From the NCBI RefSeq assembly GCF_001194135.2, contig NC_068983.1, forward strand, positions 150,836,541-150,900,540: 64,000 nucleotides of DNA, read 5' to 3'. The notes beneath the pieces were generated by a model. The model had not been told where the DNA came from. It did not search any database and worked only from the letters and a program-made list of their open reading frames with translations. The stretch is from Octopus bimaculoides. Lineage: Eukaryota. A program made the translations under genes and the position numbers. This document shows, piece by piece, positions 63,065 through 64,000 of the stretch. The stretch's first letter is position 1; the number at the start of each line of letters is the position of its first letter.

Positions 63065-63415
63065 ATATTGTGTTTTTCATTTGACTGCAGCCATGCTGGA
63101 ACACCGCCTTTACAAATCGACCCCAGGACTTATTCTTTGTAAGCCTAGTACTTATCCTATCGGGTCTTTTGCCGAACTGCTAAGTCAAGCAATGGTGGTG
63201 GTTGTGGTGGTGGGGTCAAACACAGAAACACAAACATATATATATACATATATGCGACGGTCTACTTTCAGTTTCCGTCTCTCAAATCTACTCACAAGAC
63301 TTTGGTTGGCCCGAGGCTATAGTAGAAGACACTTGCCCAAGGTGCCAAGCTGTAGAGATGAACCCAGAACCATGTGGTTGGTAAGCAACCTACTTACCAC
63401 ACACACACAGCTATA
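63065..63415 (-). mobile_element. SINE-A, near full length, short internal microsatellite
   Basis: CATTTGACTGCAGCCATGCTGGAACACCGCC..GACACTTGCCCAAGGTGCC..CTTACCACAC. Confidence 0.92.
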
Positions 63416-63492
63416 TACATGCGTGTATATATGGATCTATCTATGTATCACTACGTATTTATTTTTCGAGAGGGGTTGTGTATGTAGACGTG

Positions 63493-63560
<68 letters not shown>

Positions 63561-64000
63561 TAGATATATATATATATATATATGAAAGTATGTAAGCTTT
63601 AAAAAGTGTTGAATTTTACAATAGGAGAAAATACATTGTTTATTATTATTTGTTTTTCTTAAGAAGAATCTGCTTGAATTTCCATTTCTTACAAATATTT
63701 CTCCATTGATAGCAATCTAAGACAATATTATATGAAGTCTGCTGCCTGGGAATATCTTCATGTATGCACATAGACATAGACATACACACACACAGACATA
63801 CACACAGACACACAAACAGACAGACAGAGACACACACACACAGCGTGTATATGTATCACTCTATATACGTGTTTATTTTTCGAGAGGGGTTGTGTATGTA
63901 CACTTGGTCATGGATAGATATACATACACACATACACGCATATACGCACACACCCATATATTTGTATGCATGCAGACATATAAAGAAGTATATTTACATA

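Overview
Eukaryotic, AT-rich, repeat-saturated animal DNA from a gapped draft assembly: 17 N-runs, about 6.9 kb, most with microsatellite on at least one side. The SINE families look like those of octopus or a related coleoid cephalopod; this is recognition, not a database result. There is no intact protein-coding gene, rRNA, true tRNA or CRISPR array. Most long ORFs in the track are translated microsatellites or N-runs. Recognisable coding remnants come from transposons: CR1-like LINE pieces (endonuclease, RT, 3' end), an RTE LINE 3' end, an R4/Dong-like restriction-endonuclease retrotransposon, Penelope-like remnants, a Helitron helicase, a MULE, a Chapaev3-like transposase, two mariners, a maT-like element and three hAT MITEs. 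About 35 tRNA-derived SINE copies fall into at least five modular families, labelled A-E here. The best signals are: (1) the SINE-A 3' tail matches the 3' end of the CR1-like LINE, including a terminal stem-loop, which points to its mobilising partner; (2) SINE-B copies are joined repeatedly at one motif in the head of other SINE-B copies; (3) SINE heads, cores and tails are swapped between families; (4) SINE-A carries an internal microsatellite seed; (5) there is a perfect 23-bp fold-back palindrome; (6) a few isolated short exon candidates and a CBM48/AMPK-beta-like peptide motif may mark a host gene with very long introns. I cannot support a wholly new biological system; these are testable leads. 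TE boundaries are approximate to tens of bp unless a TIR or TSD is quoted.
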